Virus record (IMG/VR): IMGVR_UViG_3300020166_000010
DNA from: a virus
DNA length: 64,000 bases
Direction: 5' to 3' (one strand)
Shown here: in pieces, positions 21,401 through 32,117 of the stretch
How positions within the stretch are numbered: the stretch's first letter is position 1
Layout: each line of letters opens with the position of its first letter
Program-made: the position numbers and the translations under genes
The notes under the pieces: generated by a model
Told to the model about the DNA's origin: nothing
What the model saw: the letters and a program-made list of their open reading frames with translations, nothing else
Databases searched by the model: none

Positions 21401-22159
21401 TGTTTTAGAAGCATCTGAGTAACTTAACTTATCAAGCGTAAATAACTTAACTGTTTTAGTTTGAGTGACACCATCAACAATCTTTGACTTCTGTTCGTTA
21501 GATATCTTAGTGACATCAAAGTCTCCGAAGTATTGTACTGTTCTGATTGGCATTTCAATTACCTCAGAATCTAAATAATATTTTAAACCGTCTTCGGCAA
21601 TTCTGTCTTGTAGTTCTTTATATACAATCTCGCTTTCTCCTTTATATATTTCATCAAATGAATCTGATGTAGCACCGTCTTTTAAATCAAAAATAAATCT
21701 TTCAATATAAACTCTTTCCGTTTCTACTGGAATTTGACCACTAACGTCTAATCTAATAGTTAATAAAGGATTTAAAAAGTCCTCAAAGAATTCATTTAAC
21801 TTTGTATTAAATTGAGTAGGTGCCGCAAGTGATGTGATTGGTTTAGAAGGGCCTTTAAGTTTAGAAGTGTATATTTTTCTATAAGCTCCATCTTTTAATC
21901 TTACATTTGCTCCGCTACCTTCAACACCAGAAATAGATTCTAAATTCTTGTTTAGTCTTTCAATTTCTCTTTTTAAATATCCAAATGCAGGAATCTGTAC
22001 TGATTTAACTCCTTCACCAGAAGGATCCCATAAATCTACAGTAACTGTTTCTTTATCTGTTGAGATCGCCTCATTAATACGATTGAAAGTTTCTAGAGAA
22101 TTAGTGTTTAATTCTAGAAACTGTTCAAGTAATTGCGATATTGAATTTTGTGCACTCAT
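18491..22159 (-). CDS. large virion structural (baseplate-associated) protein with coiled coils
   Basis: 1222 aa in baseplate operon; two heptad segments. Confidence 0.55.
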   Translation of the reverse strand: MSAQNSISQLLEQFLELNTNSLETFNRINEAISTDKETVTVDLWDPSGEGVKSVQIPAFGYLKREIERLNKNLESISGVEGSGANVRLKDGAYRKIYTSKLKGPSKPITSLAAPTQFNTKLNEFFEDFLNPLLTIRLDVSGQIPVETERVYIERFIFDLKDGATSDSFDEIYKGESEIVYKELQDRIAEDGLKYYLDSEVIEMPIRTVQYFGDFDVTKISNEQKSKIVDGVTQTKTVKLFTLDKLSYSDASKTLQETEVLKVSDSLVINSGELRTRYIVRSIDSSTSQVELELIEGFESIKVGSNVLSVYRDIDVDLDVEIKIGFDEKQIVFIKPIDPISNIPSNEYSPGIGFYSNELQISTEDGTIKNLASYYKDEVSDFGQFIKALSVDYIPPAAVGVKPNTPILAPDDLKVIQINKHLTDNTTTKKIKQLKSDKLAAEQSLKNINEAIKVKKSLLNTKKFKSKVERDKQLNEFRALVNEKASEVKLFGSIVAEIKAAADSIDISTASPKFRVRGFWPIPSPKTVGEELSQEVVQFKTRYRYVSTSGKTSTIDQIEFNDTTNNTKKTAAFSNWIEVQGPVRKRELNDAGIYKWVVESEEDAQAVNFNSIDLPIRSGEVIEIMVKSVSEAGYPANPVTSDWSDIVKVEFPEGELSTDSLAGLISQNELDNLKVSLKEDLESVGVYDHVGDSFTVNEKYFAHNASSLASGFLTGEQNPISVYDKLLELQNEVESLRAQIDGTIGELLVQIIDEDGNVTPVTNNSKVKLFAGYYIDEIPTTNAKGSIVTKNFKINLSNTKATNLELIARILGDIEQPAYSSTASTVWGLQSGAIDPVVSSNTYYTTEGKYDLAPVVYQNLDATESTESYFNDSPVQSAQLRGQFLYSRFMNIANDNSLYLTGSDGSGGDIDAADDSGYDTFEYGINTAYQISGVTTNSTDKSKSFVNATAATWSDSASTNDYIWNGAYNGTNNTPGSVSVSTVTAALYDNAIFIHKDHPLTESGMVALDIAKNGFVGMPKTAPRRASDLYGKKQTPFRLTNTIVATAGVGSGAGSGPVLGLRTAGKNSFEPNDQYLLGGHSCGSFLYVSPLGKDSLVVDASNKRGKKIIEGSSSNAINIDMVFQYRMTDYSGTGDTGRGRVGGIISNSLQNLTYSKIIGIDIVDSNNTDFQFDVEVYSKYRATGKNINSITSSMLTNYTSNGKYTPFRGRSVDFSLPNIREEF

Positions 22160-22161
22160 AG

Positions 22162-24132
22162 TTATCTTATAATTTCAAGTTCGAATGTCTTGTTTATTTC
22201 ATCAACGCAAACTAATTCGATATATGGCTTATTGCTTAATAGATCTGTTTCGCTGATCGTATTTATTAATTTCCAGTTACCTTTTTTACCTACGAATATA
22301 TTAATTTTATTGTTATTCATATGATCAATTGAAGTTTTAAAAGTTAATTTAATAACCTGTCCTACTTTAACTGGAATAACACTATCATCTAAGTATATAT
22401 CTAAGTCTCTTACAAAGTCCTCGTCTTCAGTATATACTCTAATTAAATTATCATATCTTTTTATTCTTGTCCAAATACCAGTGATATCCGCTTCTTGTGG
22501 ATTCCATGCAAGATCTTTGTCTATTTTAACTTCAACTCCTTCGCTTACTAAATCGTAGATATGTATCTGATTAAGACTATATCCGTTGTTTACGTTTTGT
22601 ATCTTTATTTTCTGAGGATTACTTTTATCTATTAAGATTCCGTTTCCTGCAGATATAACATCTGTATTATATTGAATAGATGTTGGTATCTTACCGTTAA
22701 TAACTTGATTTAACCTGTCGTTCGTCTTAGATATAATATCTAAAATAGAACCAGCGTTTTTAAAGTTAAGTGAAGCGTCTTCTATAGATTTTTCTAATGC
22801 TATAACTTTAGCTGAAATAGAACTTTGATCAATTGAAGTCATCATTAAGTTTTCTAATTCATCAAGCCTGTCAGACATAATATTAAATCTATGACTTGCT
22901 TCTGCTAATATTTTAGCAGCGTTTTCTAAAGAACTTGTAGTATCAAAGAATAAATCCATTGAGAATGTAGTAAAGTCATTGATATTTGTTTCAATACCTA
23001 CATTATCTAAAGAAGAATTAAATTTAACGTTTAATTTTAATGCAAACGCATTACCATTTAAACCTGTTACTTCGTTCGGCTTATATTTGCTTAATTCCGG
23101 TAAGTACCATCCAGTACTATTTGGATCATTTTTAAAGTTATCTAATAATATAACTCCATATAAGTTTGTTGTTCTATTGCCAGGGTTAGATTTAGAATAT
23201 ACATCATAGTATACTAAGATCGCATTAAATCTAAAGTCTCCACCTCTTTTTGAATAATCTTGAATTGTGTTAAGCTTGGCATCACCTTCAATAGCAGCAT
23301 ATGTTATTGGGCTCCATTCAATACCGTAATTATAAGTTGAATTTGGATCAATATTTATCGTACCATCACTTGAATCCGCTAAAGACCCTAAATTTATATT
23401 AGCATCTGGATGTGCTTGTCCGTCTCTTCCGTTAATAAAAGAACCAGGTTCGTATGATGTAGCAGTCGTGTTATAGCTTGAGTTTTTAAATAAAACAGTT
23501 GGAGTATATCCAGCTGACGTTGGTACATTAATAAAGACTTCATTATAAGTATCACCATTATAATTTTTGTCATTAGTAACATCTACGTTTCCTAAATATT
23601 TAACCACTTGGCTATATTCCGATCCATTTTGTATTGAATCATTTTCTTCTACTACTCTATTATATCCTGATGCAGCTTCTTGTGAATTAGCTGGTCTTGT
23701 TCTAAATGCTCCAATTTCGTTTAACCACTTAAAAAAGATCTTTTCAGCATCAGAAGAATATATTGAATTGTCAAAATCGTCGTCTGTTAGTATAAAGTTT
23801 TCTAAGTTAAGGGCGTAGTTTTGGAACGTGGTGGCAAAATGACGGTTTGCGTTATCGTCAGGGCTGTCTCCATCATAATTTGGCGCAATACCAGGTACTC
23901 CGTTAACTGGGGCAACTGGGCCACCTTCGAATAAATTATTAAATTGTATGTAATTATTTGTTGCTCCACCAGAAGGCTCGTCAACAACTGGTAAATCTAA
24001 TAATGCGAATTTTGAATACTCAAAAACAATATCTGGATTATAATATGCACGTGTTAAATCCCTAGCGGCGCTAGAGAAAGCATACATAGTACCTCCCTGT
24101 TCTTGAGGAATTCTAATTAATGGTGTAGCCAT
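22162..24132 (-). CDS. virion structural protein
   Basis: 656 aa in baseplate operon; central coiled coil. Confidence 0.55.
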   Translation of the reverse strand: MATPLIRIPQEQGGTMYAFSSAARDLTRAYYNPDIVFEYSKFALLDLPVVDEPSGGATNNYIQFNNLFEGGPVAPVNGVPGIAPNYDGDSPDDNANRHFATTFQNYALNLENFILTDDDFDNSIYSSDAEKIFFKWLNEIGAFRTRPANSQEAASGYNRVVEENDSIQNGSEYSQVVKYLGNVDVTNDKNYNGDTYNEVFINVPTSAGYTPTVLFKNSSYNTTATSYEPGSFINGRDGQAHPDANINLGSLADSSDGTINIDPNSTYNYGIEWSPITYAAIEGDAKLNTIQDYSKRGGDFRFNAILVYYDVYSKSNPGNRTTNLYGVILLDNFKNDPNSTGWYLPELSKYKPNEVTGLNGNAFALKLNVKFNSSLDNVGIETNINDFTTFSMDLFFDTTSSLENAAKILAEASHRFNIMSDRLDELENLMMTSIDQSSISAKVIALEKSIEDASLNFKNAGSILDIISKTNDRLNQVINGKIPTSIQYNTDVISAGNGILIDKSNPQKIKIQNVNNGYSLNQIHIYDLVSEGVEVKIDKDLAWNPQEADITGIWTRIKRYDNLIRVYTEDEDFVRDLDIYLDDSVIPVKVGQVIKLTFKTSIDHMNNNKINIFVGKKGNWKLINTISETDLLSNKPYIELVCVDEINKTFELEIIR

Positions 24133-24149
24133 TTACTTATTTTATTTTT

Positions 24150-24701
24150 TTAAAAAGTTAATGTAGTGTTAGCATGTGCAATAACATACCATAAAGAATT
24201 AACTTGTCTTAATGTTAACGTTCCGTTATCTCCAACTGTAAAGTTAGCTGAAACTCCTGCAATATTAGTTGCGTCAATATCAAAGGCTCCGTCTGCGATA
24301 AAAGTTACACATTGACCTTCTACTCCTAATGCAACAACATTTACGTTTGATAAACCTGTAGCAGATCCATTTAACACGTAAGTTGATTTAGTGTAGATTG
24401 AAGGCATAACAGTTACTGATCCAGTAGACACAGAATAAATTAAACCATCTTCTAAAGTTAACGCTCCATCTACTGTCATTGGCTTTAATACCGTAACTGC
24501 AGTTGAATCCGCTGATAATACATTAGAGATATTTAACGATGATGCCGCTACCGCTCCTGTAAGGGTTAGTGTTTGTGTGTTTACATCAAGTAAATTACCG
24601 ATGCTAATTAGCTCATCGTTCATCTGTTGAAAATTGTCGTTTAATACGATTCTCGACGAAGATAGACTGTCTGTTCCGTTGATTGTTGTGATACTTGCCA
24701 T
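24150..24701 (-). CDS. small fibre/baseplate structural protein
   Basis: N-terminal DSLSSSRIVLNDNF fibre-attachment-like motif; beta-rich. Confidence 0.5.
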   Translation of the reverse strand: MASITTINGTDSLSSSRIVLNDNFQQMNDELISIGNLLDVNTQTLTLTGAVAASSLNISNVLSADSTAVTVLKPMTVDGALTLEDGLIYSVSTGSVTVMPSIYTKSTYVLNGSATGLSNVNVVALGVEGQCVTFIADGAFDIDATNIAGVSANFTVGDNGTLTLRQVNSLWYVIAHANTTLTF

Positions 24702-24702
24702 T

Positions 24703-27468
24703 TTAGATTATTTTTAATATATTTTTATTTACTGTATTTTTGTTCCCGTTAGAATCCAATAGATCTAATGATATTGTATAATATCCCCTATCGCTAAATA
24801 GGTGAGTTAATATTGGATTACTATAATATATATCTTCGATATTTAATGTATTGTTAGTTAATTTCCATTGTTGACTAATTACCCCAGGCATATTAGTTAA
24901 ATCGTAAGAAAATGTCAAATGATTTAAAAGATTTAATTCTGCCATACTATTTATTATATAGGTGTCATCAAAGCTAGGGTTATAACTTATAAAGTTTATT
25001 TTTTCACGAATTGCTGACGTATACGGCGTGTAATTTTCTATGCTACTCATCCAAACATATTTAAAATCATATGTTCTTGTAGGTTCTTTACCAACTGCTA
25101 ATATGTATAATAATTGATCTTCAGTATTCGGGAAAGATATTGAATCTCCATCGACATCAAACGGTAAGTTATCTTTAAATATTGGATTATAATTGAATTT
25201 AGAAAGTATAGGATGTTCGTTAGAATCTAAACTACTAAGTTCATCTGCAATTAACTGCCATTGCGCTGTAGCATATGATGTTGGTGGAATTGTATTTACT
25301 ATTTCATAACTATCTCTTGAGATTACACCAGTTACTGAATCTTCTTGTGTAATATTAATCCATTGATTGTTAGGTACTGCCCAGATCTGAAAAGACGAAT
25401 TAATATCTGATCCGACTCTTGTCATTTCCCAAGTTAAATTAGGGCCGTCGTTCCATAGATGCTTTTTAAGAGATGCCCATTGATATGGACCTGCTGTTTC
25501 GCTAAATCCACTTGAACTATTAGAATCTTGATATCTTCTAACAGTCGATGCAGGTATACCGTATTCATCTTCATCGTAAATATAATTAGCTCGATCCATT
25601 GATAAATAATAAGTTCCTATTACATCTTGTACCGGCAACATGTTCTCTCTTGACCAATCCCAACTAGAACCAGCTGCATCCCATGTGTGTTTATATCCTT
25701 TCCAATCTAATTTCTTTGTTGCTAACTGAGTTAATCCATAAACTTCAACGTTCTTGTTTTTAACTTCAACAGCGTCTTTTAATATTTTAGTACTCTTTAC
25801 GTTGTATAAATCATATAGGTTAGCTTCAACTGTATATGATCCAACATATGGTAATGTCATTGGGAAATTGATATATTCTTCAATAGGTCCTCTGAAAGAT
25901 CTTAGATAATTCTTTGGTCCTCTTAGTACCCATTCAATTTCATAAACTCCACGATGCCACCAGTTGTTCCAAGTTAATAAATGGTCTCCTGTGTCAGTAG
26001 CATCCATGAATGAAAATTCAGCAGCATCCCATTGATCTGCTATTCCATCAATCTGTAGGGTTATTGGAGCTCCAATTGGAATTCCATCAACCGTGTTGAA
26101 TGTATCTAAATTACTATTATAGTATTCAGTATAAAAATCTGTAATAGATTCTGATATATTTAATTTATCCGCAGAGGGAATTGTATTAAAATCTTGACCA
26201 AATCCTGTAAGTCTATAATCAACTTTACGTAAATCTTCAATAAATATGTTTCTTCCTTCTGGCTTTACAACTGGATTAAATTCTATTCCAGCCGTTTGTG
26301 TTTTTATAGATTGCTGATTATTCCATACATTTTGATTAAATTGAGAAAAGTAATCACCTTCACCCGTTATATCTACGATCTTAGCTTGTAGTGGTAGGTA
26401 ATCTTTTTGTAATTTCTTTTTTAATCCATATAGTTTAATTAAAACCTCATCTGGAGAATAGTCAATAGTCTCTTGAACTGTTGGAATATCCCATTCATCC
26501 TGAAGACCTGTTGGTGTATTTAATCGATACACTAAACTAAATCTTGAAGTTTTCTTTTGGTTTGAGTTTGGTAACTCTCCTCCTTTATTTTTGTCAGCTA
26601 AGAAACCAACAACATCTTGATTTGGAACAGCAACTGCTTTTAATTTTCCAAAATTTTCAGATTGTTCGTTAATATTTAGCCAATATTCTTTTAGTGTGAT
26701 TTTATCGTATCCAAAGAAATCAATTGCATTTAATAGAGCTTTATAAGTTCCAATAAATGGTTTGATTTGAGAAGCTTGTAAAAGCAACTCTTTACGTTTT
26801 TGGTTTAATATAATAAAATCAGGAGATTGTTCTTGTATGTTAGAGTCTTTAAATATAAAATAATCTAAGTCATCTAAGTTCATTCCCATGTTAGAAAGTA
26901 GAGTTCTTAATCTTTCATCCTCTCCTTCAACTTCACCATATACTTTAATTTGTGCAATCTCTCTAGTTTCAACTCCATTAATCAACTCTGTTACGTATAA
27001 CGTCCTGATATGAAAACCTTCAATGTCAGAATTTAATGCAATTTGTGAAGTGATTGGAGTAGCTTTTAAATTATCTGTAACTACTTTGACACCATTAGAT
27101 GTTGATACTGAAGTAGTTGCTGGAAGTAGTTGACCTACTTGTGAATCGTCTATTTGTATATATAATTCTCCAGCATCTTGTTTAGCGCTATATAAAAATA
27201 CATCCTCGCTAGTATTATAATCATCTTTAAATTTAAATTTAAAAGAGACTACGCCAGCGGACTCTGCGATTGGAGTCACATGCAATTTTTCACCAAGAGA
27301 TCCTGCAACTTCTTCTAAAACGTGTAGGGTTAGTGTTTCATATAGTCCAGTTGAAACTAATGGCAAATATGAAACCCCTTTCCATATATTTAATTCATTG
27401 TCATAAATTAAATTTAGGTCGTTAGATTCACTATCGAAAAATCTTAAATTTTGATAAATCTGCGCCAT
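24703..27468 (-). CDS. baseplate wedge-like protein (gp7-position) with PKD-like segments
   Basis: FIGTYKALLNAIDFFGY wedge-type motif; GSYTVEANLYD and GYYTISLDL PKD-like strands; follows the gp6-like gene. Confidence 0.55.
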   Translation of the reverse strand: MAQIYQNLRFFDSESNDLNLIYDNELNIWKGVSYLPLVSTGLYETLTLHVLEEVAGSLGEKLHVTPIAESAGVVSFKFKFKDDYNTSEDVFLYSAKQDAGELYIQIDDSQVGQLLPATTSVSTSNGVKVVTDNLKATPITSQIALNSDIEGFHIRTLYVTELINGVETREIAQIKVYGEVEGEDERLRTLLSNMGMNLDDLDYFIFKDSNIQEQSPDFIILNQKRKELLLQASQIKPFIGTYKALLNAIDFFGYDKITLKEYWLNINEQSENFGKLKAVAVPNQDVVGFLADKNKGGELPNSNQKKTSRFSLVYRLNTPTGLQDEWDIPTVQETIDYSPDEVLIKLYGLKKKLQKDYLPLQAKIVDITGEGDYFSQFNQNVWNNQQSIKTQTAGIEFNPVVKPEGRNIFIEDLRKVDYRLTGFGQDFNTIPSADKLNISESITDFYTEYYNSNLDTFNTVDGIPIGAPITLQIDGIADQWDAAEFSFMDATDTGDHLLTWNNWWHRGVYEIEWVLRGPKNYLRSFRGPIEEYINFPMTLPYVGSYTVEANLYDLYNVKSTKILKDAVEVKNKNVEVYGLTQLATKKLDWKGYKHTWDAAGSSWDWSRENMLPVQDVIGTYYLSMDRANYIYDEDEYGIPASTVRRYQDSNSSSGFSETAGPYQWASLKKHLWNDGPNLTWEMTRVGSDINSSFQIWAVPNNQWINITQEDSVTGVISRDSYEIVNTIPPTSYATAQWQLIADELSSLDSNEHPILSKFNYNPIFKDNLPFDVDGDSISFPNTEDQLLYILAVGKEPTRTYDFKYVWMSSIENYTPYTSAIREKINFISYNPSFDDTYIINSMAELNLLNHLTFSYDLTNMPGVISQQWKLTNNTLNIEDIYYSNPILTHLFSDRGYYTISLDLLDSNGNKNTVNKNILKII

Positions 27469-27740
27469 TATCTAAAGTTTTTATAATCTTTTTTAGTTGT
27501 AAACGATTTAAATCCTTTTAAGTATGTTACCGAACCAACAAGGTCAGCTAATACTTTCTGGATTAAAACTACAAAATCATTCATTCTATTATTTCTAACA
27601 ATATAAGGAGATATAGATTTCCTTAACATGTTGTCTTCATACGCATTCCCCTGATTCTTACGATTATCCATAACGCTCTCTCGGATAGTATAGTTTCGCT
27701 TCTGTCTGCTCTTAAATAGATTTTGTATTAATGATGCCAT
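27468..27740 (-). CDS. hypothetical protein (baseplate operon)
   Basis: 90 aa, TAATG-coupled on both sides. Confidence 0.6.
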   Translation of the reverse strand: MASLIQNLFKSRQKRNYTIRESVMDNRKNQGNAYEDNMLRKSISPYIVRNNRMNDFVVLIQKVLADLVGSVTYLKGFKSFTTKKDYKNFR

Positions 27741-29560
27741 TATAGTGCTCTTCTATTTTTAGCCTGTATTTTAGAGAATATTGTATTAGGTACCGCCGGT
27801 TCATCGAAATAAATAGATAATGCAGCTTGTTCTCCAAGTTTAGCATCATCAGGTATTACAACGCCATCGCGATCTAACCAACCTCCTCTGAATAGGGCAA
27901 CTTCTTCTTTTCCTAATAATATATCACCAAAAGAATCTAAATTAATTACATCCTCTGGTAATGCAGCGTTAGGTTCAAAACTTATTTTTCTTTCAGTAAC
28001 TGTTCTTTTAAAGAAAACATATTTTTGTTTTCCATTACCAATATCTTCTAGTACTGGAGTAGAAGGAGTAACTGTAACTTTGTTCAGGGTGTAATATCCT
28101 AATCTCCTTGCATCTTCCTCTACTTTAGATATAAATCTTACATTTACTGAATCAATCCCCTCAACGCTCTCTAAAAGGGCGATAATGTCTGACTTTGGTA
28201 AACGATCTCTTCTTGTTATATTGATTAAATAATCCGATATTCTAGAACGTATTTCAGAATAAAGTGCAGGTTTGTTATATCCTTCAAAATATCTAACTTT
28301 AACATCCATGCTAAAATATTGAACATCAGGTTCTACGATCTTAACTTCTGTCGTAACCATCTGTTGTCCGCTATTTTCAAGTAATTCTAAGAATCCATTC
28401 TTTTCGTCGCTTGAGAAAAAGAACTCATCTAATGCTAAACTAAAATAATCTTTATTTTTGCTTAATTTTTTAGCAGTATCAGGTAACATAAATAAATATA
28501 TTACATTGTCATCATCGATATAACCATCATCTGTTGTATTGTACGCATCTAAATAAGAAAACATTCCATATCTTGAAAGGAAATGTTCAAATGATTCTGG
28601 ATTTGCCAACACAAATGAATGTGACTGTAACGGTGCGATTAATTTAGTTAATTCTACCGATTCAGGATCTGCTCCCATTTTAGGCGCAGCAGTAAAAGAA
28701 GACTCTAACAATTCGTTTAAGTCATATGTTTCTCCTAATGAATCAAAACCTTCAGTTACAAATTTAAAAGTAAGATCTTTAGATCCTGATAAATTACCTT
28801 TTGTTCCGTCTGTATTTAAATATTCTACTTCAATAGAAGATCCTGCTACTGGTATTTTACCAAAAGAACCATTTCCAAAATAAATATCTAATCCTCCATT
28901 AATCCCTGTTTTAACAAGATACCCTTGAGTACCTACCTTCATATCATATAAAGAATCGTATTTAGACCATAGTGTGCTATTGACACTTACTCTAACTGAA
29001 TGATGATCTGTTGCTTTCTTAGTAACTATATTATAAGACTGTAGTTTTTCACCAGTTCCTGTTACGGTCTGTGTTTCAGTCTTTCCCTGTACAACTGGGA
29101 TACGAATATACGCAGCGTTACTTTTTTCAATTCTAAATTGATCGTTGTTTGTTTTTAAAATATACTCTAAACCGTTTGCTGTACATTTTATGATAGCATT
29201 TTGTGGTATATTAAGAGCGTCTCCTGCAATATCAGTAGATGCTGAAGTGTTTAACCTAATTTTAATTTCACCATATGCACTTGCTCCTCTAAATGCGTCG
29301 TGACCTGCTAGTCTTGCAAGTCCGTATATTGATTCAGGGTTTTGAGCAGTTAATATATTCTGTTCAACTGTTGCGTCTTCAACATAGAAGAAAATTAGTT
29401 TAGTAATTTCAGATAATACATCCAAGATTTGTGAGAATGGAGAAGCAGTCGTGAATAGTTCACTAGTCCTTCCATATAAACGAGACATATATGACCTCGT
29501 ATCCGTGATCATATCATTTGCTCTTAATCTAGTTGCATTTAAAAATTTAAATTCAGCCAT
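27740..29560 (-). CDS. baseplate wedge subunit (T4 gp6 / baseplate J-like)
   Basis: IYGLARLAG, IYFGNGSFGKIP, IEVEYLNTDG.KGN, GADPES, ESVEGIDSV. Confidence 0.8.
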   Translation of the reverse strand: MAEFKFLNATRLRANDMITDTRSYMSRLYGRTSELFTTASPFSQILDVLSEITKLIFFYVEDATVEQNILTAQNPESIYGLARLAGHDAFRGASAYGEIKIRLNTSASTDIAGDALNIPQNAIIKCTANGLEYILKTNNDQFRIEKSNAAYIRIPVVQGKTETQTVTGTGEKLQSYNIVTKKATDHHSVRVSVNSTLWSKYDSLYDMKVGTQGYLVKTGINGGLDIYFGNGSFGKIPVAGSSIEVEYLNTDGTKGNLSGSKDLTFKFVTEGFDSLGETYDLNELLESSFTAAPKMGADPESVELTKLIAPLQSHSFVLANPESFEHFLSRYGMFSYLDAYNTTDDGYIDDDNVIYLFMLPDTAKKLSKNKDYFSLALDEFFFSSDEKNGFLELLENSGQQMVTTEVKIVEPDVQYFSMDVKVRYFEGYNKPALYSEIRSRISDYLINITRRDRLPKSDIIALLESVEGIDSVNVRFISKVEEDARRLGYYTLNKVTVTPSTPVLEDIGNGKQKYVFFKRTVTERKISFEPNAALPEDVINLDSFGDILLGKEEVALFRGGWLDRDGVVIPDDAKLGEQAALSIYFDEPAVPNTIFSKIQAKNRRAL

Positions 29561-29577
29561 TGTTTATTTTTATAATT

Positions 29578-29931
29578 TTATATATAGACTCCTAATTGGA
29601 ATCTAGAATCTACTGTAATGTCTAAAAAGACTACGTGGTTTGATACGTCATCAACTACTTCGATGTCAACGCTAACACTATATTTAGAAGCAAGCGGAAT
29701 ATATTCTGCTATTTGATTATCAATAATTGTTTTTAATTGAAAATCGTTGTATCTAAATTCATAAACATAATCTTCTAAATTTGCTCCAAAATTAGGTTGC
29801 CCCAATACTTCTCCTTTTCTTGTGAAAAGCATTGTTTGTATCTGTGTTAACAACATTGACAGTTCGTTGTCTTGTTGCATCACATCAGCCTTGTAACCAG
29901 GTTCTCCTATATTTTTTACGTAAAACTCCAT
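29578..29931 (-). CDS. baseplate wedge subunit (T4 gp25-like)
   Basis: LFTRKGEVLGQPNFGANLEDYVYE is the gp25/GPW signature. Confidence 0.85.
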   Translation of the reverse strand: MEFYVKNIGEPGYKADVMQQDNELSMLLTQIQTMLFTRKGEVLGQPNFGANLEDYVYEFRYNDFQLKTIIDNQIAEYIPLASKYSVSVDIEVVDDVSNHVVFLDITVDSRFQLGVYI

Positions 29932-29936
29932 ATGAT

Positions 29937-29944
29937 TATATATA
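29937..29944 (-). promoter_or_regulatory. late-type promoter motif TATATATA
   Basis: 5 nt before the ATG at 29931; a second copy at 29579-29586 precedes the gp6-like gene. Confidence 0.55.
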
Positions 29945-29947
29945 CGT

Positions 29948-30778
29948 TTAAGAATGCATCATCCAATCCGTTCCTTCGTCTCCTTTTATTTCTTCAATTA
30001 TTGCTTCTAATTCTCCTTCTCCTAATCCCTGTATAAGATCTGCATTTACTTGAATATTTCCAGGTAATGTAAATCCGAATATTCCTAGTTTTTGACCTAA
30101 AGAAACTTTAATCTTAGCGGCACAATATCTAAAGAATGCTTCATCTCCAAAGAGAGCGCATTCTGGGATTGTTTCATATACTTCTAGTATAACATCCCTT
30201 TTAGGCGTTTCTCCGGTAAATTTAAGTTCGTGTGTTAATTGGTTATAATTAAAACTAATTGGGTTATCTATGATTTGTCTAGCAAGATCATAAAAACTTT
30301 CGTTAATTACATATGATTGTAAGTTTTCTGCAGCAGCCGCCGTGTTTGCACCGCCATATGTTCCTTGCATCATCATTCTTTCCATACTGAAATCTCCTTT
30401 TTGAAAATCAATATCGCTTGAACCTCCCCATCTTGAACCAGTTTCTGAACATCCATATACAGAGTATATTTCGTTTCCGCGAGTTGTTGGGTCCATTCCT
30501 GGTAATGTAAAAGATCTCGTTGCTTTAAATTTTTCAGACTCAAATAGAGCGTGAGGTAAAACCACAAAACTTTCTTTGACAGAATATTCATAGTTTTTAT
30601 AAAACCACTTCTTAGCTCTTTTAATTATATTGTCAACTTCCTTTCTTGGTAAATTCATTGGAATCATACATGAACCTGTTACATCATCAGCAAGCTCTAA
30701 TGCAAATGCATTAAAACAATCTCCTCCTGGTTCTATATCATCTAGCCATGATTCTTGACCTACAAAAATATTACTCAT
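29948..30778 (-). CDS. neck/head-tail adaptor protein (T4 gp13-like)
   Basis: C-terminal YCAAKIKVSLGQKLGIFGFTLPGNIQVNADLIQ...GEGEL pattern as in gp13. Confidence 0.7.
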   Translation of the reverse strand: MSNIFVGQESWLDDIEPGGDCFNAFALELADDVTGSCMIPMNLPRKEVDNIIKRAKKWFYKNYEYSVKESFVVLPHALFESEKFKATRSFTLPGMDPTTRGNEIYSVYGCSETGSRWGGSSDIDFQKGDFSMERMMMQGTYGGANTAAAAENLQSYVINESFYDLARQIIDNPISFNYNQLTHELKFTGETPKRDVILEVYETIPECALFGDEAFFRYCAAKIKVSLGQKLGIFGFTLPGNIQVNADLIQGLGEGELEAIIEEIKGDEGTDWMMHS

Positions 30779-30794
30779 TTTTTATTATTTATTT

Positions 30795-32087
30795 TTAAAC
30801 TTCGTCATATAGGATCTTTTCAGTTCCTTTAAACTTTGCTAATTTTTTATCGTATCTTCCTTCTCTAAATATACCGTCTTCCATGGAACCTTTTAAGATA
30901 CCATCACCATATATATAACCATCTTTTATTTTAACACTTTGGTGAATATAACAGCTTTTTAACTTTGAAGAAATAACTTCACTGTTATCATAAAAATTAC
31001 AATCATGAATATCAGATCCATTTACAGTGCACCTAAACAAATCACAATAAAATAGTTCACCACGAATATCACATTCAATAAAATCATATCGTTCAAGTTC
31101 AACACAATATTGTAATTCACCTTTGTTTACTTGGACTTTACCCGTATCAGAGTCATAGTTGATATGTCCTTTGATTAGTGATCCATGTGTAAACAATTTT
31201 ATTACTCTTTCTTTAATATTTTGCCAATGTAAATCTAAAATCTGTGGATCTTTTCTTAAATCGACTGTAAATTCTACGTTTTTCCATTGTTTTTCAATAT
31301 GTCTCCAATCTAACCTAGCGTCGAGTATTCTTTTATTCTCAGCCAATATCCTCTTTAACTCTATTGCATTAAGTTGTGTGAAATGTTTATCTTCAGTCGA
31401 ATTCCAAAGTTGTATTAGGAATTGATCTAACATGTATAAGATCGATGTTGTTTTCTTTTCCCAATCCTTACCTCCGACATATCTAAATTCTAAATAGTTC
31501 TTATGTCTTTTGTCGAAATTGATCCCATAGTATTTAGAATCAGGGTAGATGAAGTTTTGTGAGTGTATATGTTCTCCGTTAAAGAAACTCATACCAGTCT
31601 TAGGTAGTACAAATTTTATAGATTTAGCATAAGCTGAATCCTTTCTAGTTGGAAAAAACTTAAATACTTGATCTTCTTTAAAATCAAGTATAAATTTAAG
31701 AACATTCATTTTAGAAATCCTATTCTTATCCTCAATTTTATTTTTGTCAAAAGATATGTTTAAGTGAATTGACGATCTATCTGTAGTATATCCGTTTTCT
31801 TCAATCCATTTACACATATTAATGATCATTAATCTAGCGCTATAATATGGTATTGCGCCAGTGACAAGCTCCATTAGCTTTGCACCACCGCTCATATCTG
31901 GCTCTAGTTTAAAATGATCAGCAGTCGGTTCAAATTCACTATGTGCCTTGTCTTCTATTTGAATCTTCTTGTTTAAAAGAATTCCAATCTTTTTCGCTGT
32001 TTCTTCGATAGGGAGATTTGAATAAAATTCAAACTCGACCCCTACCAGTGCGTTTTTTAGTATTTCTGAATCATTAAATGTGTTCAT
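30795..32087 (-). CDS. putative amidoligase (COOH-NH2 ligase family) with C-terminal beta-helix-like repeats
   Basis: VGVEFEF, LEPDMS, MELVT, SSIHLNIS, KYYGINF, YLEFRY motifs. Confidence 0.75.
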   Translation of the reverse strand: MNTFNDSEILKNALVGVEFEFYSNLPIEETAKKIGILLNKKIQIEDKAHSEFEPTADHFKLEPDMSGGAKLMELVTGAIPYYSARLMIINMCKWIEENGYTTDRSSIHLNISFDKNKIEDKNRISKMNVLKFILDFKEDQVFKFFPTRKDSAYAKSIKFVLPKTGMSFFNGEHIHSQNFIYPDSKYYGINFDKRHKNYLEFRYVGGKDWEKKTTSILYMLDQFLIQLWNSTEDKHFTQLNAIELKRILAENKRILDARLDWRHIEKQWKNVEFTVDLRKDPQILDLHWQNIKERVIKLFTHGSLIKGHINYDSDTGKVQVNKGELQYCVELERYDFIECDIRGELFYCDLFRCTVNGSDIHDCNFYDNSEVISSKLKSCYIHQSVKIKDGYIYGDGILKGSMEDGIFREGRYDKKLAKFKGTEKILYDEV

Positions 32088-32117
32088 CCTCGAATATATG
32101 TTAAACTTAAGTTAGTT